A stretch of 64,000 bases of DNA, from positions 1 through 64,000 of the IMG/VR virus record IMGVR_UViG_3300003323_000541; one strand, 5' to 3'. How positions within the stretch are numbered: the first letter of the stretch is position 1; the number at the start of each line of letters is the position of its first letter. This document shows, in pieces, positions 1 through 7,055 of this stretch. The position numbers and the translations under genes were made by a program. The notes under the pieces are model-generated. The model was not told the origin of the DNA, made no database searches, and saw only the letters and a list, made by a program, of their open reading frames with translations. The stretch comes from a virus.

Positions 1-52
1 TGAGGGCACAGGATTTTAAGTCCTGCGTGTCTACCAGTTCCACCACCGGGGT
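1..52 (-). tRNA. tRNA-Leu(UAA), 3' part truncated by window edge
   Basis: Reverse complement ACCCCGG-TGGTGGAACTGGTAGACAC-G-CAGGA-CTTAAAA-TCCTG-TGCCCTCA: Leu-type D-arm, 5-bp anticodon stem with TAA, start of long variable arm. Confidence 0.92.
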
Positions 53-63
53 AACGATAATTA

Positions 64-516
64 TCAAAGATTAAATGTAGGAATATTGGGCTTATTTTTC
101 GTCCATAATTCAATTACATTTTTTCGAATATCTCCAACACTTTTAATACATTTTTCTTTTCCTTTTACGTATTCTTCTATAGAAAGAACTTCGATGTGGT
201 TAATTTTTATAGCATTAGGAGAATCACGGATATCAATTGTGAAGTAAACAGCTAGGTTTGCACTATACACTCCGACAGCTTCGTTTACATGTAACTTTGA
301 TATAGAACGAATATCACTCAGATTAATAAAATTACCACAAACAGATATGATTTCATGTTTATTTATTGATGCTAATTCTACATCATTTAATGAAAAGATT
401 TCCTTTAAATCTGATATTGCATCTGTGTATCCTTGTACAAGATCAATTTCATCACCAAGGTTATATCTGGAAAGACATTTAACGCTTAGTTCTTTTATAA
501 TTTGTTCTTTGTCCAT
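64..516 (-). CDS. hypothetical protein; C-terminal part paralogous to 5949-6257
   Basis: 150-aa ORF; shares IS.xGN.I and I.xW..N...IP.F motifs with ORF 5949-6257. Confidence 0.75.
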   Translation of the reverse strand: MDKEQIIKELSVKCLSRYNLGDEIDLVQGYTDAISDLKEIFSLNDVELASINKHEIISVCGNFINLSDIRSISKLHVNEAVGVYSANLAVYFTIDIRDSPNAIKINHIEVLSIEEYVKGKEKCIKSVGDIRKNVIELWTKNKPNIPTFNL

Positions 517-538
517 ATCATTTGTTGATTTTAATCAT

Positions 539-614
539 TGGTGCCTTTCTCATGAGTCGAACATGAATCTCTGGATCTTCAGTCCAGCGCTTGTACCACA
601 TAAGCTAGAAAGGC
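539..614 (-). tRNA. tRNA-Phe(GAA) with encoded CCA
   Basis: GCCTTTC/GAAAGGC acceptor, CTGGA-CTGAAGA-TCCAG anticodon arm, TTCGACT T-loop, ACCA end; 76 nt. Confidence 0.95.
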
Positions 615-621
615 TAAAATA

Positions 622-695
622 ACCACTATACTGAGAGATTCGAACTCTCATCTCTGCTGTTAAGCAGGTCCTACCATTAAACGAAGTATAGCGGT
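622..695 (-). ncRNA. tRNA-like RNA with collapsed anticodon loop and extended acceptor stem
   Basis: CTATACT/AGTATAG acceptor (extends to 11 bp), GTTTAATGGTAGGAC D-arm, perfect GAGAG-TTCGAAT-CTCTC T-arm, but anticodon arm CTGCT-TAAC-AGCAG has a 4-nt loop; no CCA. Confidence 0.75.
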
Positions 696-703
696 ATTGT
701 TAT

Positions 704-934
704 TTATTTAAAAAAAGATCGGAAGAATTTAATTGTTACACTAAATAATTCCGTAGCAACGATTATTCCAACAACAATGAAAAATGCTGTTAGAATAAAA
801 GTGAAGAAGTTTTCAAAGAAGATCCTCATGTATTCAGCTAAATATTCCATGACCATTTCTTTTATTGTTAGTAACGAAAGGAGAAATAATGGTCTTAAAG
901 AGCTCACGAGCAAGTAATTCCTGATCAATAGCAT
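704..934 (-). CDS. small membrane protein (true start probably the internal Met near 850)
   Basis: hydrophobic stretch FFTFILTAFFIVVGIIVATELF. Confidence 0.6.
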   Translation of the reverse strand: MLLIRNYLLVSSLRPLFLLSLLTIKEMVMEYLAEYMRIFFENFFTFILTAFFIVVGIIVATELFSVTIKFFRSFFK

Positions 935-1127
935 TCAATATCGCATTTTTGGAGCTTCCATTAAAATGACGATGATTGATCCTTCTGATCTTATTACCTG
1001 TTACTATGAGCTCTGAACTACTTAACTGAGAGAGAACGATTATCTTTTTGAATTTGTCCGTTTTAAGGACAATTACGTTCGCTGCTATATCTTCTGAGAT
1101 ACGCGGCGATTTCTTTTGGATAACCAT
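834..1127 (-). CDS. hypothetical protein
   Basis: 97-aa ORF overlapping neighbours in the leftward operon. Confidence 0.55.
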   Translation of the reverse strand: MVIQKKSPRISEDIAANVIVLKTDKFKKIIVLSQLSSSELIVTGNKIRRINHRHFNGSSKNAILNAIDQELLARELFKTIISPFVTNNKRNGHGIFS

Positions 1128-1384
1128 TTTTCATTGGAGATAATAGATCCTCCTGCGGATCTGATTTTCTTTTCCTCTGCTTTAGCGAGCTTGATAAGGT
1201 TCCTTTCTTCATCAGATTTCTTGTTGTATTCAGCATCTTTCTGAAGAATAGGTTTACGCAAACCTTCGCTCACCATTTGAAGATCATTAGTAGAATTAAC
1301 TACCGGGTAGGCATTTACTCTTCTGCCCATAATCAGGTCATCAGGGTCCTGGACTCTGAATCTTCCGTTGTTGTTTACTTGCAT
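1085..1384 (-). CDS. hypothetical protein
   Basis: 99-aa ORF; start overlaps stop of upstream gene (TAATG). Confidence 0.7.
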   Translation of the reverse strand: MQVNNNGRFRVQDPDDLIMGRRVNAYPVVNSTNDLQMVSEGLRKPILQKDAEYNKKSDEERNLIKLAKAEEKKIRSAGGSIISNEKWLSKRNRRVSQKI

Positions 1385-1725
1385 TATTCGTTTGCAATGA
1401 TAATCTCATTCATTTTAGGGATAAGTACCTCTCTTACGAAGTTCTTATCTTCTACTTCCTTATTGGACACCTTAAATGTCTGATAAGGCTTAAATTCAGC
1501 TCGTTTCTCTGCAATCATACGACCTTTCTTTCTAATAAAGAGGTCTTTTTTAGAACATACAGAGACTCCGATACGAACCTCGTATTTGGGTTTGCGGGTT
1601 ATTTTACCCACGCCTGTCTTAACGAGAATAGCTGCTACACTAACCCGTTTCTTTCTTTTCTTCTTGTTATCAGGTTGATTAGCTTCCACCTGAGAATAGC
1701 GATGATAAAAACGATCTGTAAACAT
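1384..1725 (-). CDS. conserved phage protein (GxSxCSxxDxFxxxxG motif)
   Basis: GVSVCSKKDLFIRKKGRMIAEKRA motif; start moved to ATG 1725 because the longer ORF overlaps the tRNA at 1747-1823. Confidence 0.75.
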   Translation of the reverse strand: MFTDRFYHRYSQVEANQPDNKKKRKKRVSVAAILVKTGVGKITRKPKYEVRIGVSVCSKKDLFIRKKGRMIAEKRAEFKPYQTFKVSNKEVEDKNFVREVLIPKMNEIIIANE

Positions 1726-1746
1726 ATTAATTGTTTTAATAATTAG

Positions 1747-1823
1747 TACCCTGGGTTGGGATCGAACCAACATGTATCCAGTTATCCTTTCAACTGCTTA
1801 GAAGGCAGAGGGAATACCAAGGC
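1747..1823 (-). tRNA. non-canonical tRNA-Arg(UCU) with the D-loop sequence located 3' of the anticodon arm
   Basis: GCCTTGG-TATTCCCT-CTGC-CTTCTAA-GCAG-TTGAAAGGATAACTGGATACAT-GTTGG-TTCGATC-CCAAC-CCAGGGT-A; intact acceptor, anticodon and T arms. Confidence 0.8.
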
Positions 1824-1832
1824 ATAGAAGGA

Positions 1833-2411
1833 TTACTCCTTCTTAATTTTCAATTTATCAACCGGAATATTGAATTTTTTTGCAATTTCGTCCATCGAGA
1901 GTTCAGTTTTCTCTTCTTCTGTAATTCCTTCAACCCGATAACCTAAACCATATAAATAGTCTATTCTTGCATATTCTACTTTTGATCTTGCAAACGGATT
2001 TTTATCAGAATATAAAACACATTCTCCTATTTTCTCAAGAACAATGAGATCTTTTAAGTCTTTACTACTTGAGTTGTAGACTTTTAAAACATCTCCTTCC
2101 TCGAAATCGATGCTTAGTTTTTCAATGTATACCTTATCCACTGTTAGAACAAAAGAAGAATAGTTAGCTGTAGTTAATTGCCATGAATATTTAAACTTTC
2201 CAGTTCCTTCTGTAGGAGTCGTTCCTTTAAAGTTTTCATTGTTGTGTAATACAAAATAAGATAAACTTTCTTCGCTAAAATAGAGCTTTCCTGAGAATTT
2301 TTTCATGTTATATTCTACATCAACTGATTTACCTAACATATCTGGTCTCAAGTCCTTAGCTAAAATTTTTATTTTCATAATTTTCGTTTTTTGATAGATG
2401 ATCCTGTGCAA
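1833..2411 (-). CDS. hypothetical protein (start probably at Met 2378)
   Basis: C-terminal ELSMDEIAKKFNIPVDKLKIK motif common in phage proteins. Confidence 0.75.
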   Translation of the reverse strand: MHRIIYQKTKIMKIKILAKDLRPDMLGKSVDVEYNMKKFSGKLYFSEESLSYFVLHNNENFKGTTPTEGTGKFKYSWQLTTANYSSFVLTVDKVYIEKLSIDFEEGDVLKVYNSSSKDLKDLIVLEKIGECVLYSDKNPFARSKVEYARIDYLYGLGYRVEGITEEEKTELSMDEIAKKFNIPVDKLKIKKE

Positions 2412-2728
2412 CCCTTGAGTTGTTTATTTTTGAAATCAATTCTTTCGATTATTTTTTCTACCCCCACATGTTGAGCTAAAACTTCCAATCTAAAGAACAG
2501 ATCTCCACATTCTTCGATGATCTTGTCCTTAGGAGGTCTGAACTCCTTCTCTTTTGTCACACATTTAACAAGAACCTCACTTAGTTCACTCATCTCTTCG
2601 ATGGTCTTCATGTAATTGAAATTCTTGTTGTTTACACCTAAAATATAATCGACTGTTTCAGGGTCACAGTGAGACACAACTGATAGTCTTATTATCTTGC
2701 TCATTATTGGAGGTTTTAAGAGGTTCAT
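2375..2728 (-). CDS. MazG-like nucleotide pyrophosphohydrolase
   Basis: EEMSEL...IIEECGDL matches the ExxE...ExxD MazG/all-alpha NTP-PPase motif. Confidence 0.75.
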   Translation of the reverse strand: MNLLKPPIMSKIIRLSVVSHCDPETVDYILGVNNKNFNYMKTIEEMSELSEVLVKCVTKEKEFRPPKDKIIEECGDLFFRLEVLAQHVGVEKIIERIDFKNKQLKGCTGSSIKKRKL

Positions 2729-2816
2729 ATGGTAAAGGAGGGTAAAGTTCTTCCTTATGATTTTTAGTGGCTCTAATGAGCCTTAAAATGCGTTTCATTT
2801 CATTTGTTTTAATGTG

Positions 2817-2854
2817 AAAAGAAGAAGGGACCTTGATTATCTCAAAATCCCTTC
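2817..2854 (-). terminator. putative intrinsic terminator
   Basis: GAAGGGA...TCCCTTC hairpin followed by TTCTTTT on minus strand, downstream of ORF 2889-3341. Confidence 0.5.
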
Positions 2855-2888
2855 ATTGATTAAACCAACTACTCTATAAACCTTTACT

Positions 2889-3341
2889 TTAATATTGCAT
2901 GAACTTTCGTCCATAGATATACCATTGTTGGAGGATAGGTATACCAAATATGAATTCGGGCTTCTTAGGGAGCTCCATATAGGTTTTGTTTCCCCAGAAC
3001 ATAAGATCTTCATCTACATAGAACCGATACAGGAAGTTATCACCATTGCAGAAATCCCTGGACAAATAGTAAATATAGTCCAAAAGAGCTTCTGTGGTAT
3101 AGAATTTGAAAAAGGGTTTGTCTACGAAAGTCCAGTATTTTTCACACCGGCCGATTTCATAGACATAAGTATAACCACCTGTATCTACAATTTCGAATTT
3201 CCATGTATTTGTATGGGTGTATCCGAAATTCTGGTCAGATTGACACAAACATGTGTCCACAGGGTTATTTTTCGCTGAGATCAATCCATTCATCGAAATG
3301 GACATCAGCAGGCTCAGGAAGAGAATTTTCATCGTTTTCAT
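2889..3341 (-). CDS. hypothetical secreted protein
   Basis: N-terminal signal-like MKILFLSLLMSISMNGLISA. Confidence 0.7.
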   Translation of the reverse strand: MKTMKILFLSLLMSISMNGLISAKNNPVDTCLCQSDQNFGYTHTNTWKFEIVDTGGYTYVYEIGRCEKYWTFVDKPFFKFYTTEALLDYIYYLSRDFCNGDNFLYRFYVDEDLMFWGNKTYMELPKKPEFIFGIPILQQWYIYGRKFMQY

Positions 3342-3576
3342 TGTTTATTGTTTTGATAAAGTTGTTAAATTGTTTCAATTTACTTGAAGAGTTCACTATT
3401 TCCTTTACATTATTGTACACAAATACAATGAATATAAATGTACAAATAACCAGGAAAGGTATAGAAAAAGGGTCATCGGATGTAGACACTACACAGATCA
3501 TTACAGCTTCTATAAGTGTGTATATTCCTATGTATCCTACATTTCTCATGATAGCGAATAATATTTTTCTTTTCAT
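3265..3576 (-). CDS. membrane protein
   Basis: two hydrophobic segments. Confidence 0.65.
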   Translation of the reverse strand: MKRKILFAIMRNVGYIGIYTLIEAVMICVVSTSDDPFSIPFLVICTFIFIVFVYNNVKEIVNSSSKLKQFNNFIKTINNENDENSLPEPADVHFDEWIDLSEK

Positions 3577-3577
3577 A

Positions 3578-3724
3578 TTACCACCATTTGAGGATAAAAT
3601 GAACCCCTATATATAGCAATCCTACCCAGAATGCAACGTAGAGGATAATTGAAAAACATCCTCCAAACAGAAGGACATTCTTAGTCTGATCACCAGAGTG
3701 ATAGCGCATTGTTTGTGTTTTCAT
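3578..3724 (-). CDS. small membrane protein (48 aa; not in ORF track)
   Basis: MKTQTMRYHSGDQTKNVLLFGGCFSIILYVAFWVGLLYIGVHFILKWW; abuts next gene. Confidence 0.6.
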   Translation of the reverse strand: MKTQTMRYHSGDQTKNVLLFGGCFSIILYVAFWVGLLYIGVHFILKWW

Positions 3725-3777
3725 AAAATTTATAGAGTTTAAAGGTGTTTAATATTTAACACATCGAATGTTAAGTT

Positions 3778-3803
3778 CGAAACAAAATTCTTGTAGGATC
3801 GTT
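3778..3803 (+). promoter_or_regulatory. ECF-like promoter CGAAAC-N16-CGTT
   Basis: one of six identically spaced copies; a Bacteroidota-type TAnnTTTG (TATGTTTG, 3812-3819) follows. Confidence 0.7.
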
Positions 3804-3819
3804 TGTTTATGTATGTTTG

Positions 3820-3897
3820 ATATAATAGCCATACTATGCTTACTTAGCATAATCAAAATACAAACAGAGACTGCAGCTCTGATGATCGCTATTATAT
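3820..3897 (+). promoter_or_regulatory. structured 5' leader (three-way junction)
   Basis: 10-bp ATATAATAGC/GCTATTATAT closing stem enclosing TATGCT/AGCATA and CAGAG/CTCTG hairpins. Confidence 0.5.
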
Positions 3898-3931
3898 TAA
3901 GCTAATTAAATAACTTAATAACAAAAATAAC

Positions 3932-4579
3932 ATGGAAAGTTTAAGAAATGAGCCAGTTAATCTAAATTCAGGAAGTGTTCCACCTACCATTCTCACAACC
4001 GGTAATCAGGGTAGTGGTTATGGATTTGGTGAGGGTCTGTTAGGACTAGCTGCTGTTGCGGCCCTTTTTGGTGGTGGATTAGGTGGTTGGGGAGCCAATA
4101 AAGGAGGCTTTGTAGACTATGGTACCTTAATTAATCAACAAGGACAGTCCGATATCAGAAGGGATGTAGGTGAAACTGAATCTGAGATCAGAGAGACCTT
4201 GCATACACAAGCTATCGGTAATATGGGAGAATTCAGAGCTATATCCGATAAATTAGGTGATATCGATAAAACAGCTACAGTATCCCAATATGAGAATCAA
4301 ATTGCTACAAAAGATGCTACAGCATCTCTTAGTAATAAAATCGACTATGAGACCAATGCTATAAAGCATCAGAATTTCACCATGCAGGTTTCAATGGACA
4401 AGCAATTTGCTGACCTAAATCATCGTTTAGAGCATAAATTTAATGATCTTGTAGCCCGTGAACAAGCCACTGAAATTGAAAGACTACGTCGGGAACTTAA
4501 TGCTTCTGCAACAGCTCTCGCTAACCAGGATGTAATTCGTTCAGTAGTATCACAAGTGGTTGCAGCAATGACTCCTTAA
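3932..4579 (+). CDS. Gly-rich hydrophobic N-terminus plus coiled-coil protein
   Basis: GYGFGEGLLGLAAVAALFGGGLGGWG followed by a long helical region; opposite strand to neighbours, own promoter. Confidence 0.85.
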   Translation: MESLRNEPVNLNSGSVPPTILTTGNQGSGYGFGEGLLGLAAVAALFGGGLGGWGANKGGFVDYGTLINQQGQSDIRRDVGETESEIRETLHTQAIGNMGEFRAISDKLGDIDKTATVSQYENQIATKDATASLSNKIDYETNAIKHQNFTMQVSMDKQFADLNHRLEHKFNDLVAREQATEIERLRRELNASATALANQDVIRSVVSQVVAAMTP

Positions 4580-4617
4580 TCACAGTTCTAATTGTTTAAC
4601 CTTTTAAAATTAGAATT

Positions 4618-5208
4618 ATGATAAACAGAGAAATGCGTAAAGTACTAGAGCGAAATCTTCCTGGATCGGCTCTTGAATTCCTAACTGAGGAGTTCACTAA
4701 ACTCGAAGAATGCCTTATGAAGATAAAGCAAATGGAAGAGAAAGAGCTAATACTACTAGAACAAATAGCAGCTAAAGATGAAATGATCTTTCAACTCCTT
4801 GAGCAATATGCAATGATGAGCCAGGGAGGAATGGAAGGACTGATTGGTAGAGAGTTCACAAGTCCATCAATTGGATTTGAAGCTCGCAGAGGCTCTCCAA
4901 GATCCCGCAGGGGACGTTCAAGAACCAGATCTGCATTACCAATGTATCCTTATGAACCATATCCAGATCTCCCATACTTCGATGAATTCGATGAATTTGG
5001 AGAGGAAGAAGAGTTCTTTGAGAATCCTGATAGTCGACGAGGAGGTACTAGCTCCCGAAGAGGGGCTCGTAACAGACGTGGTACCTATTCTCAGGGACAA
5101 GGAGGAGGAGGAGGACAGGGTCAAGGTGGTGGTGGACAAAGTGGAGGAGGCTCCTCAGCGTCATTTGACCACGTTGTAATCAAGGGATTCTCCCCAGACA
5201 TACGATAA
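4618..5208 (+). CDS. coiled-coil plus low-complexity R/S/G-rich protein
   Basis: RRGSPRSRRGRSR, acidic/aromatic FDEFDEFGEEEEFFE and GQGGGG tracts. Confidence 0.8.
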   Translation: MINREMRKVLERNLPGSALEFLTEEFTKLEECLMKIKQMEEKELILLEQIAAKDEMIFQLLEQYAMMSQGGMEGLIGREFTSPSIGFEARRGSPRSRRGRSRTRSALPMYPYEPYPDLPYFDEFDEFGEEEEFFENPDSRRGGTSSRRGARNRRGTYSQGQGGGGGQGQGGGGQSGGGSSASFDHVVIKGFSPDIR

Positions 5209-5234
5209 TACCAGTTTAGGTGAGATCGTCGCTT

Positions 5235-5261
5235 AAAGAGCCTGTAATGGGCTCTTTTTTA
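5235..5261 (+). terminator. intrinsic terminator (probably bidirectional)
   Basis: AAAGAGCC-TGTAATG-GGCTCTTT followed by T-run between convergent genes. Confidence 0.8.
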
Positions 5262-5274
5262 TTTGGAGTAATTA

Positions 5275-5541
5275 CTACCATTCAGCAATTTTTCCAAGCA
5301 GGTAAATTGCACTACCAACAAATACACCGATGAATATTTCAGCAAACCAGAACATTAAAAAGTTTTCAAGGAAAATGTTACCATAACATCTCTCCATGTG
5401 CGGATTATTTTCTGCAAATTTACCTACCATAGTTAAACCAAATAAAAGTGGTCCTAGACTTCCTGCTATAATAAAGAATAGTATATGCTTAACAATCTCC
5501 TTTGGTGTGTAATGTGCGAATCTTTGTTTCAATTTGTTCAT
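5275..5541 (-). CDS. membrane protein
   Basis: two transmembrane-like segments. Confidence 0.7.
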   Translation of the reverse strand: MNKLKQRFAHYTPKEIVKHILFFIIAGSLGPLLFGLTMVGKFAENNPHMERCYGNIFLENFLMFWFAEIFIGVFVGSAIYLLGKIAEW

Positions 5542-5625
5542 TTCTCAATAAAATTTATCACCCACAATCCTTTAGATATTTGTGAGGAGGTTTACAGCCC
5601 TAAGGCTGCTATCACCTTTAGTGAT

Positions 5626-5931
5626 TTATACATTAGAGTCCATTTCAAGAATCATATCTACATCTATTCCTAAAGCTGAGAATTTAGCTAATGGAAGAGT
5701 TATTGTAAATATATTTCCCTTACGATCTTTAAGGTCTACGGCATAAATACCATCACCTTCGTTAAATGAGCCCATAACCTGGTAGAATGGTTCATTTAAG
5801 CCTTTTTGATAGGCTTCTTCAGTTTTTTCCTTGGTCTCTTTCTTGTGTTCAACTTCACTTTTATATGTAATTGCAGACATCACAATTAATATAATGATGA
5901 AGGTAAACTCATTTGAATTTAAGAATTTCAT
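5626..5931 (-). CDS. hypothetical protein with N-terminal membrane anchor
   Basis: FTFIIILIVMSAI segment. Confidence 0.7.
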   Translation of the reverse strand: MKFLNSNEFTFIIILIVMSAITYKSEVEHKKETKEKTEEAYQKGLNEPFYQVMGSFNEGDGIYAVDLKDRKGNIFTITLPLAKFSALGIDVDMILEMDSNV

Positions 5932-5948
5932 ATTTGTTGATATTATTG

Positions 5949-6257
5949 TTATTCGAATTCAAAATTAGGTATTGTAGATTGATTTTCTGACCAAATTTTA
6001 ATTATACGTTCCCGAAGATTATTTAATTTATCAAGATTATTTTTCAATATATCTTCCGCTTGTTCTTCTGTAGCACGAAATTTAATATTAGGAACAGTAA
6101 TAGTTAAATTTTTTTGATTATACATCTTTATTTCAAAGTTTCTATAATCACCAACTTCATCATTATACGGATGAAAAAGAAAAAAACTACCATTAATTTG
6201 GCCTATTTGATAAATATTTTGTGTATCTATTACATTTCCAAGAATTGATATTTTCAT
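5949..6257 (-). CDS. hypothetical protein, paralog of 64-516
   Basis: MKISILGNVID...IKIWSENQSTIPNF. Confidence 0.75.
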   Translation of the reverse strand: MKISILGNVIDTQNIYQIGQINGSFFLFHPYNDEVGDYRNFEIKMYNQKNLTITVPNIKFRATEEQAEDILKNNLDKLNNLRERIIKIWSENQSTIPNFEFE

Positions 6258-6277
6258 AAATATTAAAGTTTAGTTAG

Positions 6278-6359
6278 TGCTCTCAACAGGAATCGAACCT
6301 GCACAGATTTCTCCACTAGATCCTAAATCTAGCGCGTCTACCAATTTCGCCATGAGAGC
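6278..6359 (-). tRNA. tRNA-Leu(UAG)
   Basis: GCTCTCA/TGAGAGC acceptor, CTAGA-TTTAGGA-TCTAG anticodon arm, long variable arm, GCAGG-TTCGATT-CCTGT T-arm; followed by CTA rather than CCA. Confidence 0.95.
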
Positions 6360-6368
6360 ATTAGGGAA

Positions 6369-6722
6369 TTATTCTTCCCATTCAATTTCTACACAAGTAA
6401 TTGCATTGGAAGTTTGTTCTATAAGTGCTTTTTCTCTCGTTTCATAAATCCTGGTGCTTCCGATTACATTATTAGGATAAATATTAATCCATCCTTTATT
6501 TTTCTTAGGAACCATAAAAAGATCATATTCATGATCTCCTCCTGCCCGTCGCAGTTTTCCTTCATAAGTATAAGTTACAATTTCTTCGCCTCCTTTATCT
6601 AATAAAGCAATTATAGGGTAATTGCCACCAAGTTTGTCAAAACAAATAATTCTTACAGATCTTCCATCTCTTGTTTGTACAGGCTTACCTGCCTTCGCTT
6701 CTTCTAAATTAAACGGTTTCAT
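6369..6722 (-). CDS. conserved phage protein (MKPFxLExAKAGKPVxTRDGR family)
   Basis: recognisable N-terminal motif and DLFM...KGWINIY; function unknown. Confidence 0.85.
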   Translation of the reverse strand: MKPFNLEEAKAGKPVQTRDGRSVRIICFDKLGGNYPIIALLDKGGEEIVTYTYEGKLRRAGGDHEYDLFMVPKKNKGWINIYPNNVIGSTRIYETREKALIEQTSNAITCVEIEWEE

Positions 6723-6745
6723 ATAATTTTAAGATTTTAGATATT

Positions 6746-6940
6746 TTAACCTATTTTGTTTGAGTAATGTTTAAGATGGAAATATTTGTCGCATTTTTTA
6801 CAGTAATATTGTGCATATTTTGATCCCGACACTCCTGTATGTCTTGATTTATTTCTGCATGTAGGACATTTTCTTTTTCTGAAGGCGAGAAATATTACTA
6901 TTATTACTGCAATAGCCCATAGTATTACAACGAAATTCAT
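6746..6940 (-). CDS. membrane-anchored zinc-ribbon protein
   Basis: N-terminal TM, CPTC...CKKC. Confidence 0.7.
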   Translation of the reverse strand: MNFVVILWAIAVIIVIFLAFRKRKCPTCRNKSRHTGVSGSKYAQYYCKKCDKYFHLKHYSNKIG

Positions 6941-6968
6941 AAGATTAAGATTTTTAGTTTAAAAATAG

Positions 6969-7042
6969 AACATCAAGGGAGATTCGAACTCACCAACTGT
7001 AAGGAATAACCCCCACTGCTTTACCAATTAAGCTACTGATGT
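6969..7042 (-). ncRNA. tRNA-like RNA with aberrant anticodon arm
   Basis: ACATCAG/TTGATGT acceptor, canonical TAGCTTAATTGGTAAAGC D-arm, TTCGAAT T-loop; anticodon arm GTGGGG-GTTATT-CCTTAC cannot form a 7-nt loop on a 5-bp stem. Confidence 0.7.
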
Positions 7043-7055
7043 TTCCGGGTTCACG

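Noticed and set aside
1726-1773. N-terminal extension of ORF 1384-1773
   Set aside because: Overlaps the tRNA-like gene; ATG 1725 has the typical A-rich context
1795-1807. Amber-suppressor (CUA) reading of the 1747-1823 tRNA and TAG recoding as in some crAss-like phages
   Set aside because: The stem CTGC/GCAG centres the loop on TCT, not CTA; long late genes are intact under code 11
3879-3885. CTGATGA hammerhead ribozyme core
   Set aside because: No correctly placed GAAA and stem II; retained only as a structured leader
5095-5152. GGA/GGT-rich repeat as a DNA repeat element
   Set aside because: Explained by the Gly/Gln tract of ORF 4618-5208
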